DNA of 63,909 bases, from contig NW_020847472.1 in the NCBI RefSeq assembly GCF_003704095.1, positions 372,092-436,000 on the forward strand. The letters run 5' to 3'. Under the pieces are notes generated by a model. The model did not search any database and was not told the origin of the DNA. It was given only the letters and a program-made list of their open reading frames with translations. The translations under genes and the position numbers were made by a program. Of the stretch, positions 52,270 through 63,909 are shown piece after piece; position 1 is the stretch's first letter, and every line of letters starts with the position of its first letter. The DNA comes from Pocillopora damicornis (taxonomy: Eukaryota).

Positions 52270-55200
52270 GTAAGTAAATTTTTGCAAAGTTTCCTTTAAC
52301 CTCTTTCAGTGGAAAAAGTTTCTGTAATCTCGTTTCAAGGTTATAGTTTAATATCAGCTTTCAAGGCCTGTGGAACGGAGTAGTCAACTGAAATTTACTT
52401 AAGCCAGTGTTGGACTTATTTTTAAGGTTGACAACACACATTTGAGCATCCCATTCGTATCCACGCATGTTTTTTACATTCAAAACAATAGAGTTTTGGA
52501 TATTAAGGGTAAGTTTTGTAATTGTGTATTACCTTAGGATATGATTGTTTCTGAACATTTCGCTCAGTCCTCGGAGTCCTAAATAATTGCGGGCAAAAAC
52601 GCACACTGGTCATGATTTCTCAGGAACCAAAAGCAAACACGATTTGTGTTTTAAAATCTGAGATTTATGAATTCTTCATGTTTTGGACTAACCAGTTCCA
52701 GAAGCTTGCTAAACCGGACACAGAAATTAGCGGCCAGTTGTTATATGGATCCTAACTAAAATAAATCAAAGTTTCAATAGAGTTTTGGTATCCTTGTCAA
52801 ATTAAGGAATACATTTGTTCACTTTCGTCATCACATGACCAACAAACAAGTAAAAAACCTTACACTGTCCCAATTTATTCGGCGTTTAACTTAACTGCCT
52901 TTATACCTTTCACGTCATATCGATTTTTTCAAATGTGTTTTGTGTCTGTTGAAATAATTAACTACTGTTTCCGAAGTTGAAATATGTAGAGGTGGATAAT
53001 TTCCGAGCCGCTTACTGAGACAGTGAGATCATATAGCACAAAAGAGATAACTTTAACTCATTTATTCCTGCAGCGATAACAGTATTTTCGGGTGTAAATC
53101 CTGCGGCCGTTGCTCGGAGGTGTAAAGCAAAGGATACTCGGAGTCTGAGTTGCTAATCAAAGTGCACCTTCAACGCTATCTACTGCTTTAGCAATTGCGC
53201 GTATTTTCATGAAGGCGAGGGGGAAAAACTAGTTCTCTCCTAAGTTACATCCATCCTCTCTCAGATCGAAGGGAATATTAAAGGTGTTAATCTCCCATTT
53301 GTCCATTTTCAACCGTCTTCCATCATTTATGTCGAGTATGCTCGCCTACAAATATTGATCTGTCTAACTACAAAACGCTGCTATAAGTGCCAGGTTTCTC
53401 AACTTTTACGAGACTGAAAACAAACAAAACTATTTTGACCCTGTTTTGTTGCCTTTAGTAATGACGATTAGCATTTCATCAGGATAATGAAAAATAAAAA
53501 CCATCTAGTGAGATAACGACGTAATTGGAATCTACTTGGAATATAAGTAATGTTCCGTTTAAGAGCTTTTCTAGGTAATCCAACGTATATTAATTTATTT
53601 ACTCCTGCCCAGGTAAGTTAGATTTTTGTTGGCTAAGTTATTCCTCATTGCTAACCGTGAGGTTTTCCCCCTCCAATTGCGTAATGTTTTGTAAACAGAC
53701 TAAAAATTTCTTGATTATCTAAAAGGTAAGATACAAGATATCAATGCAATACGTGTCACTTTGGGGCTAATAAAATATAATATATAATATATTGTGTTTG
53801 GCTCGATTCCAATGAAACTGTTTTTTTTTCTCGATTTCTGTGCTGCCGTTTACCTTGTGTTTACTCAAAGAAAGAGGCCGACAGCTCTCGGGTGAATGGT
53901 ATACAATTTGCTCTTTTGTCATAGCCTTTATTACAGTTAAATTCCCACTGACTGTGCACTACCGAAGAACTATGACAAACAAGAAATTTATGTCGATTCT
54001 AGTCTTCAAGGGAGATTCGATATGAGTAACTGACGATATGGATTTGTGCCAAATTTCAGATACTGCACAGGAATATACTCGATTATTTCAGCTTTCTTGC
54101 TTCTAAAATAAATATCGTATGATGACTAATGACGTTTGGTTTGTAAGAGCTTCATAATTAAATGACCTTGCTTTCGGATGCGGTTTCGACCTAAATTTCT
54201 GCGACTTAAATCGATTAAATTGCTCTCCTTAGACCTTAAGATACAGCGAAATGATTTATTTGTATAGTTGTACTTTACAATGGAAAAAAAAGCTGTGTAT
54301 TAGTTTAATATTCATGTACAGCTTTCCAAACCATCTGTAATTAATTCTGCTACGGGCGGAATTTTCGTAGCTCTACTCCAGTAAATTTATTTCCATATTG
54401 ATGGCGGGCATGGAGTTAGTTAAGTTCAGTCGTCAACATTTGGTTATGCAACATGAAAGAAATATTGACATCCACTCAACAAGTGTTGAGCAAACGACCT
54501 CGCTTTCATCGACCGTGCTTGGCTTGAAATTTCTGCGACTTTGCTTCACTCGAGTAAATTTCTTTCCAATCTAAAGAACCGGAACTTACAGTATCCCATG
54601 CAACCGTGGCATACACGTCCATTTTATTCATGCTGAAAATTAAGCCTGAAAATACCAATTTTGTCAGCTCAAATTGGTTTTAAATGTTCTCAGTTCTCAG
54701 CCATCCTTGTTCCCTCTTGCTTTCGTATGGCCTCTTTTGTGTCATTCCGTCCGAGTTAACGTAGTAAGATTTTGTTTAAAGTGTTCATTAAAAGGTAGTC
54801 AGTGGTTTTACACATCAATAAAATCACTCACAATTTCCTGTCATAGCTCAAGCACGCCGAATTTCAACACGGAATCAGACCATTCATGTATCCGAAGTAT
54901 GTTCGAGAAGCCGGCAGCACGCTATATGTACTGTTTTTTCTCTATTCTGAACATACCCTGCTTTTTTATCTCAAGTAAATATACCTTACTTTAAAGAGCT
55001 AATTCACGGTTTTTTCTTCCGCAATTTGCTTTAAAGTTTTATAGGCTTGGGTTGACCTTCTCTGTCGTTAGTTAACTATATTTATTACCTTTTTCATGTT
55101 TTTTCCTTCTTACGTAAGTTATATTTTGCTATCATCTTTAAGTTGACGATTGCCGCCCTTCGCAAATAATTACACCGACTGATGTGACCTGACGTCTCTT

Positions 55201-56592
55201 ATATCGTCATAACTCTGCAAAATTTTGACACTGAAATAGATTTTGAATGTAATGTTTTCACATTAAATGTTTCACTTGCCAAAACGTAATGTTTTAATTG
55301 ATATCCGTTTCAAAAATCCTTGTTTTCTTACTAACAAGGCCCTTAAATAAACAGCACTTCAACTCAAGCTTTGGTATTGTTCTCCGAACGCCAGTGCCAA
55401 TACATTCCAAAACGGCTCTTTCGTTTGGTTCACCGCCTGATTAACCTCAGTCCTGAATTTTCCGTTATTTTCTTTACAAGAAAAACGATTCTTCTCTCTG
55501 GAATGCACGTTCTAATTTCTCACCCATAACTTAAGGTTTTCATTTTGTCGAAAACTTTCGTGTTTGTTCGTTTTTTTCTTTGTTAGCTTACCCAAGCAGA
55601 CGTATTGTCCAAAAGTAACTTACAAAGTTGTTATCAATATTATTATCGTATAGTNNNNNNNNNNNNNNNNNNNNNNNNNNNNNNNNNNNNNNNNNNNNNN
55701 NNNNNNNNNNNNNNNNNNNNNNNNNNNNNNNNNNNNNNNNNNNNNNNNNNNNNNATTCTGAAAGATACCGTGCTTTTTTATCTCACGTAAAAATACCATA
55801 CTTTTAAAGAGCTAATTCACGGTCTTTTCTTCCGCAATTTGCCTTAAAACTTTACAGGCTTGGGTTGACCTCCTCCGTCGTTAGTTAACTATATTTATTA
55901 GCTTTTTCATGTTTTTTCCTTCTTACGTAACTTATATTTTGTTGTCATCTTTAAGTTGACGAATGCCGCCCTTCGCAAATAATTACACCGACTGATGTGA
56001 CGTGACGTCTCTAATATCGTCATGACTCCANNNNNNNNNNNNNNNNNNNNNNNNNNNNNNNNNNNNNNNNNNNNNNNNNNNNNNNNNNNNNNNNNNNNNN
56101 NNNNNNNNNNNNNNNNNNNNNNNNNNNNNNNNNNNNNNNNNNNNNNNNNNNNNNNNNNNNNNNNNNNNNNNNNNNNNNNNNNNNNNNNNNNNNNNNNNNN
56201 NNNNNNNNNNNNNNNNNNNNNNNNNNNNNNNNNNNNNNNNNNNNNNNNNNNNNNNNNNNNTGATTAACCTCATTCCTGAATTTTTCGTTATTTCCTTGAT
56301 GAAAAAAACGATTCTTCTCTCTGGAATACACGTTCTAATATCTCACCCATAAGTTAAGGTTTTCATTTTGTCGAAAACTTTCGTGTTTCTTTGTTTTTTT
56401 CTCTGTTAGCTCACCTAAGCAGAAGTGTTGTCCAAAAATAACTTACAAAGTTGTTATCAATATTATTATCGTACAGTTTTTTTTTTACATCCAGTACCCA
56501 TGGTAATCAATGAATATATAACAGTGGTTAAGGAACAAAGTGTATCAGATTTATACGACAGAGCAGTTCCGAGCAGTGTCGCGTTCATTGTG

Positions 56593-56662
56593 ATGTATTC
56601 GCTGCTGTGCCTCTCATTTTCTGAGTTATTTTCTTTAATTCTTCTTGTTATACGCTCTACTG
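56593..56662 (+). CDS. Signal-peptide exon upstream of copy C
   Basis: MYSLLCLSFSELFSLILLVIRST followed by G|GTAAGT. The first ATG of the other copies is GTG here. Confidence 0.6.
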
Positions 56663-58300
56663 GTAAGTAAATTTTTGCAAAGTTTCCTTTAACCTCTTTC
56701 ATTAGAAAAAGTTGCTGTGATGTCGTTTCAAAGTTAAAGTTTAATATCAGCTTTCCAGGCCTGTGAAACGGAGTAGTCAACTGAAATTTACTTCAGCCAG
56801 CGTTGGACTTATTTTTAAGATTGACAACACACATTTGAGCATCCCATTCGTTTCCACGCATGTTTTTTCCATTCAAAACAATAGAGTTTTGAATATTAGG
56901 GTTAAGTTTTGTCGGTGTGTATTACCTCATGATATGATTGTTTCTGAACACTTCTCTCAGTCCTCGGAATCCTAAATCATTGCGGGTAAAAACACACGCT
57001 GGTCATGATTTCTCAGGAACCAAAAACAAACACGATCTGAGATTTATGAATTCTTCATGTTTTGGTAAGCACAAATCAGTTCCAGAAGCTTGCTAAACCG
57101 GACAAAGAAATTAGCGGCCAGTTGTTATATTGATCCTAACTAAAATAAATCAAAGTTTCAATAGAGTTTTGATATCCTTGTCAANNNNNNNNNNNNNNNN
57201 NNNNNNNNNNNNNNNNNNNNNNNNNNNNNNNNNNNNNNNNNNNNNNNNNNNNNNNNNNNNNNNNNNNNNNNNNNNNNNNNNNNNNNNNNNNNNNNNNNNN
57301 NNNNNNNNNNNNNNNNNNNNNNNNNNNNNNNNNNNNNNNNNNNNNNNNNNNNNNNNNNNNNNNNNNNNNNNNNNNNNNNNNNNNNNNNNNNNNNNNNNNN
57401 NNNNNNNNNNNNNNNNNNNNNNNNNNNNNNNNNNNNNNNNNNNNNNNNNNNNNNNNNNNNNNNNNNNNNNNNNNNNNNNNNNNNNNNNNNNNNNNNNNNN
57501 NNNNNNNNNNNNNNNNNNNNNNNNNNNNNNNNNNNNNNNNNNNNNNNNNNNNNNNNNNNNNNNNNNNNNNNNNNNNNNNNNNNNNNNNNNNNNNNNNNNN
57601 NNNNNNNNNNNNNNNNNNNNNNNNNNNNNNNNNNNNNNNNNNNNNNNNNNNNNNNNAATCTCCCATTTGTCCATTTTCAACCGTCTTCCATCATTTATGT
57701 CGAGTATGCTACTTTGATATTGATCTGTCTAACTGCAAAACGCTGCTACAAGTGCCAAGTTTCTCAACTTTTACGAGACTGAAAACAGGCAGATCTATTT
57801 CGACCCTGTTTTGTTGCCTTTAGCAATGACGATTAGCATTTCATCAGGATAATGAAAAATAAAAACCGTCTGGTGAGATGACGACGTAATTGGAATCTAC
57901 TTGGAAAATAAGTAATGTTCCGTTAAAGAGCTTTCCTGGGTTAACCAACGTATATTATTTAATTTACTCCTGCCGAGGTAAGTTTAATTTTTGTTGGCTA
58001 AGTTATTCCTCATTGTTAACCGTAGGGATTTTCCCTTCCAATTACGTAATGTTTTGTAAACAGACTGAAAATTCCTTGATCATCTTAAAGATAAGATACA
58101 AGATATCAATGCAATACGTGTTCTCTTTGAGGCTAATAAAATATAATATATAATATCGTGTTTGGCTCGATTCCGATGAAACTTTTTCTCGGTTTCTGTG
58201 CTGCCGTTTACCTTGTGTTTACTCAAAGAAAGAAGCCGACAGCTCTCGGGAAAATGGTGTACAATTCGTTTTTTTGTTATAGCTTTCATTACAGTTAGAT

Positions 58301-58808
58301 AAATAAAAAATTGATAGACCTTTATTGCACAATTATCAATATAAGAATTTTCAATTGTGCATTACAATTAAATGTTAAAAATTCAACCCCTACATAGATA
58401 CTAAAACTAAAAATAAAAAATAATAATGATAATAAAATAAATATAAATATATATATATATATATATATATTAATATTTAAATATAGATAAATAAATCAAT
58501 AAAAATGATCACTAAGAAAATGTAAAAATATGAAATTAGATACAAAGAGTTAAAAAGCTTTGGCAAATAAAAGTCTTAGTGGCCTTCTTAAACTTGTTTA
58601 AAGATTGGGTGTTTCTGATAGAGCCCGGAAGATCGTTCCACAATTTAGGGGCGGCGGCATGGAAAGATCGATCGCCGAGCGTGGAGAGTGTTTTTCCCCT
58701 GCAAGGAGCAAGGAGTAAGCCGTCCTTGGAATGGAAATCATATCTTCCGATGTCTCTAACAGAAATCAGCTTACTTATGAAGGCCGGGGCAAGAGCACTT
58801 CCAAGAGC
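58301..58808 (-). mobile_element. 5'-truncated LINE (L2/CR1-group) insertion in the intron of copy C
   Basis: APAFISKLI...LGDRSFHAAAPKLWNDLPGSIRNTQSLNKFKKATKT is the typical ORF2 C-terminus, followed by an AT-rich 3' UTR with AATAAA. The empty site acagttagattcccactgactgtgcac is present in the paralogous introns (~47460, ~53932). Confidence 0.85.
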
Positions 58809-59184
58809 ACTGTGCACTTCCGAAGAACTATGACAAACAAGACATTTATGTCGATTCTAGTTTTCAAGGGAGATTCCATATGAGTAACACGATATGGATT
58901 TGTGCCAAATTTCAGATACTGCACAGGAATATACTCGATTATTTCAGCACTCTTGCTTCTCAACTAAATATCGTACAATGACTAATGACGTTTGGTTCGT
59001 AAGAGCTTGATAATTATTTCTACGGTGGTGACATCTGTCCAGAAAGCATGCATGCATGTGCCACTCTGACTCGAAATAGTAGTCTTTCGAAATTTTTGCG
59101 CCCAGTACATCCAAAGCACCCATTAACTTTATATCGTTTTACAACTGAATTCAACGTTGTTGTGAGAAACTCCGTTGTCTTTAG

Positions 59185-59381
59185 GTGCGGAAGACCAGGG
59201 TAGTGATTGTCTCTACGTATCCCACCTCAGCGGTAAAGCCTCAATGTGGCTCTTTTGCTGTGCCCTGCCGGACATTACCACAAGCGCTACTTCTAGTAAA
59301 TCTACGTAATAATGTTGGCTCTCTACTTCGTTTTCAAGCCGCCTATCTTCTCGTGGCTGTTTCGGCAATGCTTGTGGTTTA
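59185..59381 (+). pseudogene. Internally deleted beta-helix/TM family copy (N-terminal cap joined directly to the TM1 region)
   Basis: Intact acceptor at 59184 and a 5-nt deletion relative to copy A near 59235. At ~59298 the sequence jumps from LLLVN to aatctacgtaataatgttg (TM1), about 2.5 kb further on in copy A. Confidence 0.75.
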
Positions 59382-59481
59382 NNNNNNNNNNNNNNNNNNN
59401 NNNNNNNNNNNNNNNNNNNNNNNNNNNNNNNNNNNNNNNNNNNNNNNNNNNNNNNNNNNNNNNNNNNNNNNNNNNNNNNNN

Positions 59482-61689
59482 CTCCCTAACGACTTCTTTG
59501 AGATGACCGTATCAAGATGTCTTTTCCAGGGTACGAAGGGACGATTTCATGTTACAAATGATAATAGAAGTATAAAAGGTGCCGTGTTTGTCCGTTCCCA
59601 AGCTAGTTCCGTTACGACGTATCCTATTAATATCTTAGTCTCAATTACTAACTCTATTTTCCAAGACCTGGGCCATCAAGACAACAGCTTCGCTGTATCC
59701 GTAAGAGTTGACAACCTCTTTGGCAATGGGAATATATTATTATTCAACACGTCGTTTCTTAACAACGAAAATTCTGTCTTTGTCCATGGCGGATTTGGCC
59801 TTAATTTGACTCACGTGACGGTTACTTCCACTTATGGGTGTGCTATCATGGCCAGTGCTCCCCCTAAAACATTAATTAAAGCACCTGGTGTTAGGGTTTT
59901 CCTTGAAAAGTGCGTCCTAGTGAACAACCGGAATGGCATAAGGATGTCAACGACTACTTGCTTAGATAGTACGGAGGCCTTTTGTTCAACGGCCGACCAA
60001 ACGCTTGTTGTAAAAAGCAGTCTTATACTGGGAGGTAATGAAACATTAGGCACTGGTGATGCAATCAAATTTGAAATGAGTTTCCCTAAATATAACGATA
60101 GTCGTGCGGTCTTGAGGCCAGGTAAAGAAGAAGTATATTTGTCGCCAGATTTTGAAGGAAAACTACTTCTTGAAAATGTCACTTTCCACGGGTTACATGG
60201 CTATGCACTATCTTTTAGTACAGAAAAAAACGTACGAGGGCTCATCTCGGTGAAAAACTGCAGATTTCTCAACAACACCCAGTTTGTGAATCGACTATAT
60301 GAACGAGGAACTATCCAAATTGAATTTCCGAACGACGATCCGCCAAAATGTCCACGTGCATCAAAAGGAAACGAAAGTAAGGAACTGGTCTGGGACAAGA
60401 AGTCGGAGCTACCGGTTATAATTGAAGATACTTTATTTGAAAACAACGTGGGCATCTCTGGAGCATTGAGCTTTTTGAATGGCAATGTCACTATCAAGAA
60501 CTGTGCATTTAAAAACAATGAAGGAGTGGCTTTGGGAGGTCATGTTTATATGAAAACAGGTTTCGGCATTCTGAATATCAATAACTGTAGCTTCCTGCAA
60601 AAAGAAACAAGTTTGATAGATCATTCCCGCGTGTCAGCCGTTGGTTGTTTTCTTCGATCCGAGAGCGCCGGTCCGTTAAAGATTCAAAATTCGTCCTTTG
60701 TAGCAGACGTTAATCAGGAATTCGATCCAATCTTTGCTGCGACGAAAAGCAATACGATAAAGATCGACAGTTCGACCTCCTTCAAATGTCCAGATGGAAA
60801 ACAGATTAAGCTCGAAAACATCGAACTTGTCAGAGGAAGAGAGACTTGCTGGATAAGCGTAGCTCATTTAAAATTTCTTTGTGAAGAGTGTCCGGATGGA
60901 TTCTATAATTTAAACAGAGGATCTTCCAGTGGTCTGGATATTCACAAGGAAACAAAATGTCTTAAATGTCCTTACGGGGCAACGTGTGAAAATGGAGACA
61001 TTAAAGCCCAAGAAAACTTTTGGGGCTGCTACTCTTCACCACTGTCAACTAAGCTGGAGTTTCATCCCTGCCCACTGGAATACTGCAAACCTCCTACCCG
61101 TCCTAATACTCACGCTTTTAATGGTTGCCATGGCAGCAGGACAGGCGTTTTATGCGGCCAATGCGCTGAGGGATTTAGCGAAGACTTATATTCTACATCT
61201 TGTCGAGAGAGAGAAAAATGCCATGATCACTGGTTTTGGATAGCGAGTTTAATCTACGTAATAATGTTGTCTCTCTACCTCGTTTTCAAGCCGCCTATCT
61301 TCCCGTGGCTGTATCGGCAATGCTTGTGGTTTAGAAAGAAATCCAACAGCAGCCAAAGACAGGCAGCGCCACATGAAGCAAACGATGAAGAACACGATGC
61401 TGGATATTTCAAGACCATCTTCTACTTTTATCAAGTTGCTGAGATACTGATGATCAAGTCCCCTGAGGCAGCCCTTCACATAGTTCCTTTTGTTACACCA
61501 GTCATTGCACTTTTTAATTTCCAGGTACGGACCATTAATGGCAGCATTGGATGCCCATTTCCTGGCTTCAATGTTGTCACCAAAGAGCTGTTTTTGTGCT
61601 TGAAGTTCCTGGCGACATTGCTCTCCATTGCTATGATTTATGCCATCCATCGAGTCATAAGTCGGTTCCGGCACATTCCTAAACCTTCC
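59482..61689 (+). CDS. Beta-helix/Cys-rich/TM family copy C, internal fragment bounded by 100-N gaps
   Basis: Uninterrupted frame from LPNDFFEM to RHIPKPS, highly similar to copies A and B. Confidence 0.8.
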
Positions 61690-61789
61690 NNNNNNNNNNN
61701 NNNNNNNNNNNNNNNNNNNNNNNNNNNNNNNNNNNNNNNNNNNNNNNNNNNNNNNNNNNNNNNNNNNNNNNNNNNNNNNNNNNNNNNNN

Positions 61790-62270
61790 TTGCTCTCCAT
61801 TGCCATGATTTATGCCATCCATCGAGTCATAAGTCGGTTCCGGCACACTCCTAAACCTTCCCTTACACTATACCTGGCTGTGGTTCTGGAGACCCTGTTA
61901 CTAGGCTACGAAACCCTAGCAGATACATCTCTGAAGCTCATGCACTGCGTTCCTGTAGGGCTGGAGTGGCGTCTGTTCATAGATGGAAACATCCCCTGTT
62001 GGCAGTGGTGGCAGTACATGCAAATTGTCTTCATCTCGGTATTTATCATTCCTCTTGTGCTCGTCCTCTTCTGGGGATCACTGATGCTTTCCAAAGACAA
62101 ATTGTCCGCCAAGGAGTTCTTGACTTCCTGTGCATTCCCTTTGCCTTTTCTTTTCATCTGGCTCTATCGCTACGTTTTCAAGAAACCAAGTTTGCCCGAG
62201 TTTAAACTGTTTTGGGGGAATACCCACGATGCCGAAGTAATTAAGAAAGTTCTCCATGATCCATTCCGTC
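61790..62270 (+). pseudogene. TM-domain fragment of the same family, truncated after LHDPFR
   Basis: The first ~70 nt re-copy 61618-61689 (contig overlap). Homology to copy A stops at ~62268, so the last TM helices (YWE... onward) are missing. The downstream sequence matches the reverse complement of ~34300-35900. Confidence 0.7.
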
Positions 62271-63909
62271 TCTTTAGTTCAGAAAGACTGATTTGCTTTG
62301 CTTTAAATGCTGCATTGAAAAAAAAGGAAGATATACGTGAACCAATATTCTGATAACTTTTTATGAATGTTTACATTTGAAAACAAAATATTTTGGGGAG
62401 GCCTTTCTAATTGTTGTTGCAACTTGTTTTTACCCTTTAAATTTCATTGATAGAAGTCGATTAACCACATTTTCGCGGCTCGAGTATCCTTAACGAAAAA
62501 CCTGCAGTTTTGAAAAATGCTACAGCCGCCGAATGGTTGACAATCGTCGTTAACTGAAAAAGGGAAGCTGCTTCCAAACTGTTCTTAGCTCTTTCTCGGT
62601 TCAAAAACATTCAATTTGCAATTGGCAGTGTTTTCAGTACTAACACATTCTAGCGGCTTCCGGCTAGACGAACACGCGGTGAAACTTTGTTGATGATTAT
62701 TCTTAAAATGGAGGTTCTATTTTAATTCTTACTTAAGCCTGTATAATGGCTGAGTTTCTACATAGGGTTTGGAAAAGCTCAATATGTTTTGAGAAATACT
62801 TAACACCCAGATCAGAGATGTTTGCCTCGCAATCCAAATTAAAAATAACTCTCACTTTCGATTCCGTTCCCTGTTTTCTTTCCAAAAACGCCTCTACTGA
62901 CCATCGTTCAGTCAATTAGCATGGAAGATGTCGCTCAAACAGTTTTTCTTGTTTGCTTTGTTGTTTTTTTTTTTTTGTGAGAAAGAAATCTGTTTTTAGC
63001 TCATTTCAACGGGAAATTTCCTGTTCTAGACCGCTCACTGTTTTTTTACCTTATTTTATTAAAAAACGCTTCTATTGACCAAAGGTCAGTGAATTAGCAT
63101 GGGAGATGTAGCTTAAATAATTTTTGTTTCTTTTTTTAAAAAGAAAAAACCCTATTTACAGCTTAATTCAAAGGGAAATTCCCTATTGCAGACTTGAACA
63201 AAGCTTAACACGTCGTGCCTTGATTGCACATTCCACTTTATTTTCGTCAGTTTCCTCTGGCTGTAATTCGTTTGAGAGAAATAGACTTCATCAGGTGTTA
63301 CTAAACTGCGGATCAGCAGACCGCGGAACCTCCGGAAACTCTGTGAAAATGCAAATATGTTCTCGTTGCGCATTGGGTGAAATGTATTTGCATGGAAATG
63401 AACATTCGCGCTCTCACTCTTTAAAATGTCTCGGGTCTAGTTTTGAATAAGGATAAATTGACCTCACCCTCACTCGAGTAGTTGTTCTTTCGCATCGTGT
63501 GACTTGATTATTTGGGCTGATTTAGGGAAACGTAGCTCGGTTTCAGTTCAGCTACTTAGCCCTCTACATGATCTTTTCCAAGATATGTCTGTGAGTAAAG
63601 CCAAACTAATCCATTGGAAGCAAAACGCTGAGAATTCGTGAGTCCGGACGACCCGATCACACCACGGGCGAAATTTTACAGGCAACCAGGCAACCGAAGT
63701 CACGCGTAATTGTGTTCATCATATCTAAACACCCAAACGCCTACGGTACTAAACATGAGTAAGAAAATACCTGTTAGAGAACGAATACTTATAAAATAAA
63801 CTCACAATAAAGAAAAATATTTACCTTCACGGTGCATAGCTTTACAGGCAAAAAACGACGACGCTGCCTCTTAAAAAGTGAACATATAAAATTGATCCAC
63901 AGGACTAAA

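Noticed and set aside
59185-61854. 889-aa ORF as a single gene
   Set aside because: It reads through two 100-N gaps and a frameshifted, internally deleted segment, so it is a chimera of three contigs.

Overview
This is eukaryotic (metazoan) genomic DNA from a gappy draft scaffold. It is AT-rich with GT-AG introns, and its repeat families resemble those I recall from scleractinian corals (inference). There are no prokaryotic features, CRISPR arrays, rRNA or tRNA genes. Left half: (i) the 3' end of a spliced LRR-protein gene whose acidic tail ends in a COPRS-like EDWD...GQFDDAD PRMT5-binding motif; (ii) four copies of an intronless F-box + 'DQGWG/GGGGGH' domain gene, one of them a pseudogene; (iii) the 3' halves of two divergent glycoside hydrolase family 1 genes with identical exon structure; (iv) a two-exon LRRC14/PRAME-like gene; (v) two single-exon class A GPCRs, one with degenerate motifs. 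The right half (~29.7-63.9 kb) is a segmentally duplicated array of an uncharacterised ~1,300-aa membrane protein: signal-peptide exon, right-handed beta-helix, Cys-rich linker and multi-pass TM domain. It contains one apparently intact copy, several frameshifted or deleted copies, and evidence of mosaic exchange between paralogs. MITEs, LINE 3' ends and a Penelope GIY-YIG remnant are interspersed. Ten gaps of exactly 100 N, most flanked by inverted or direct near-duplicates, mean some copy numbers and orientations may be scaffolding or haplotype artefacts.
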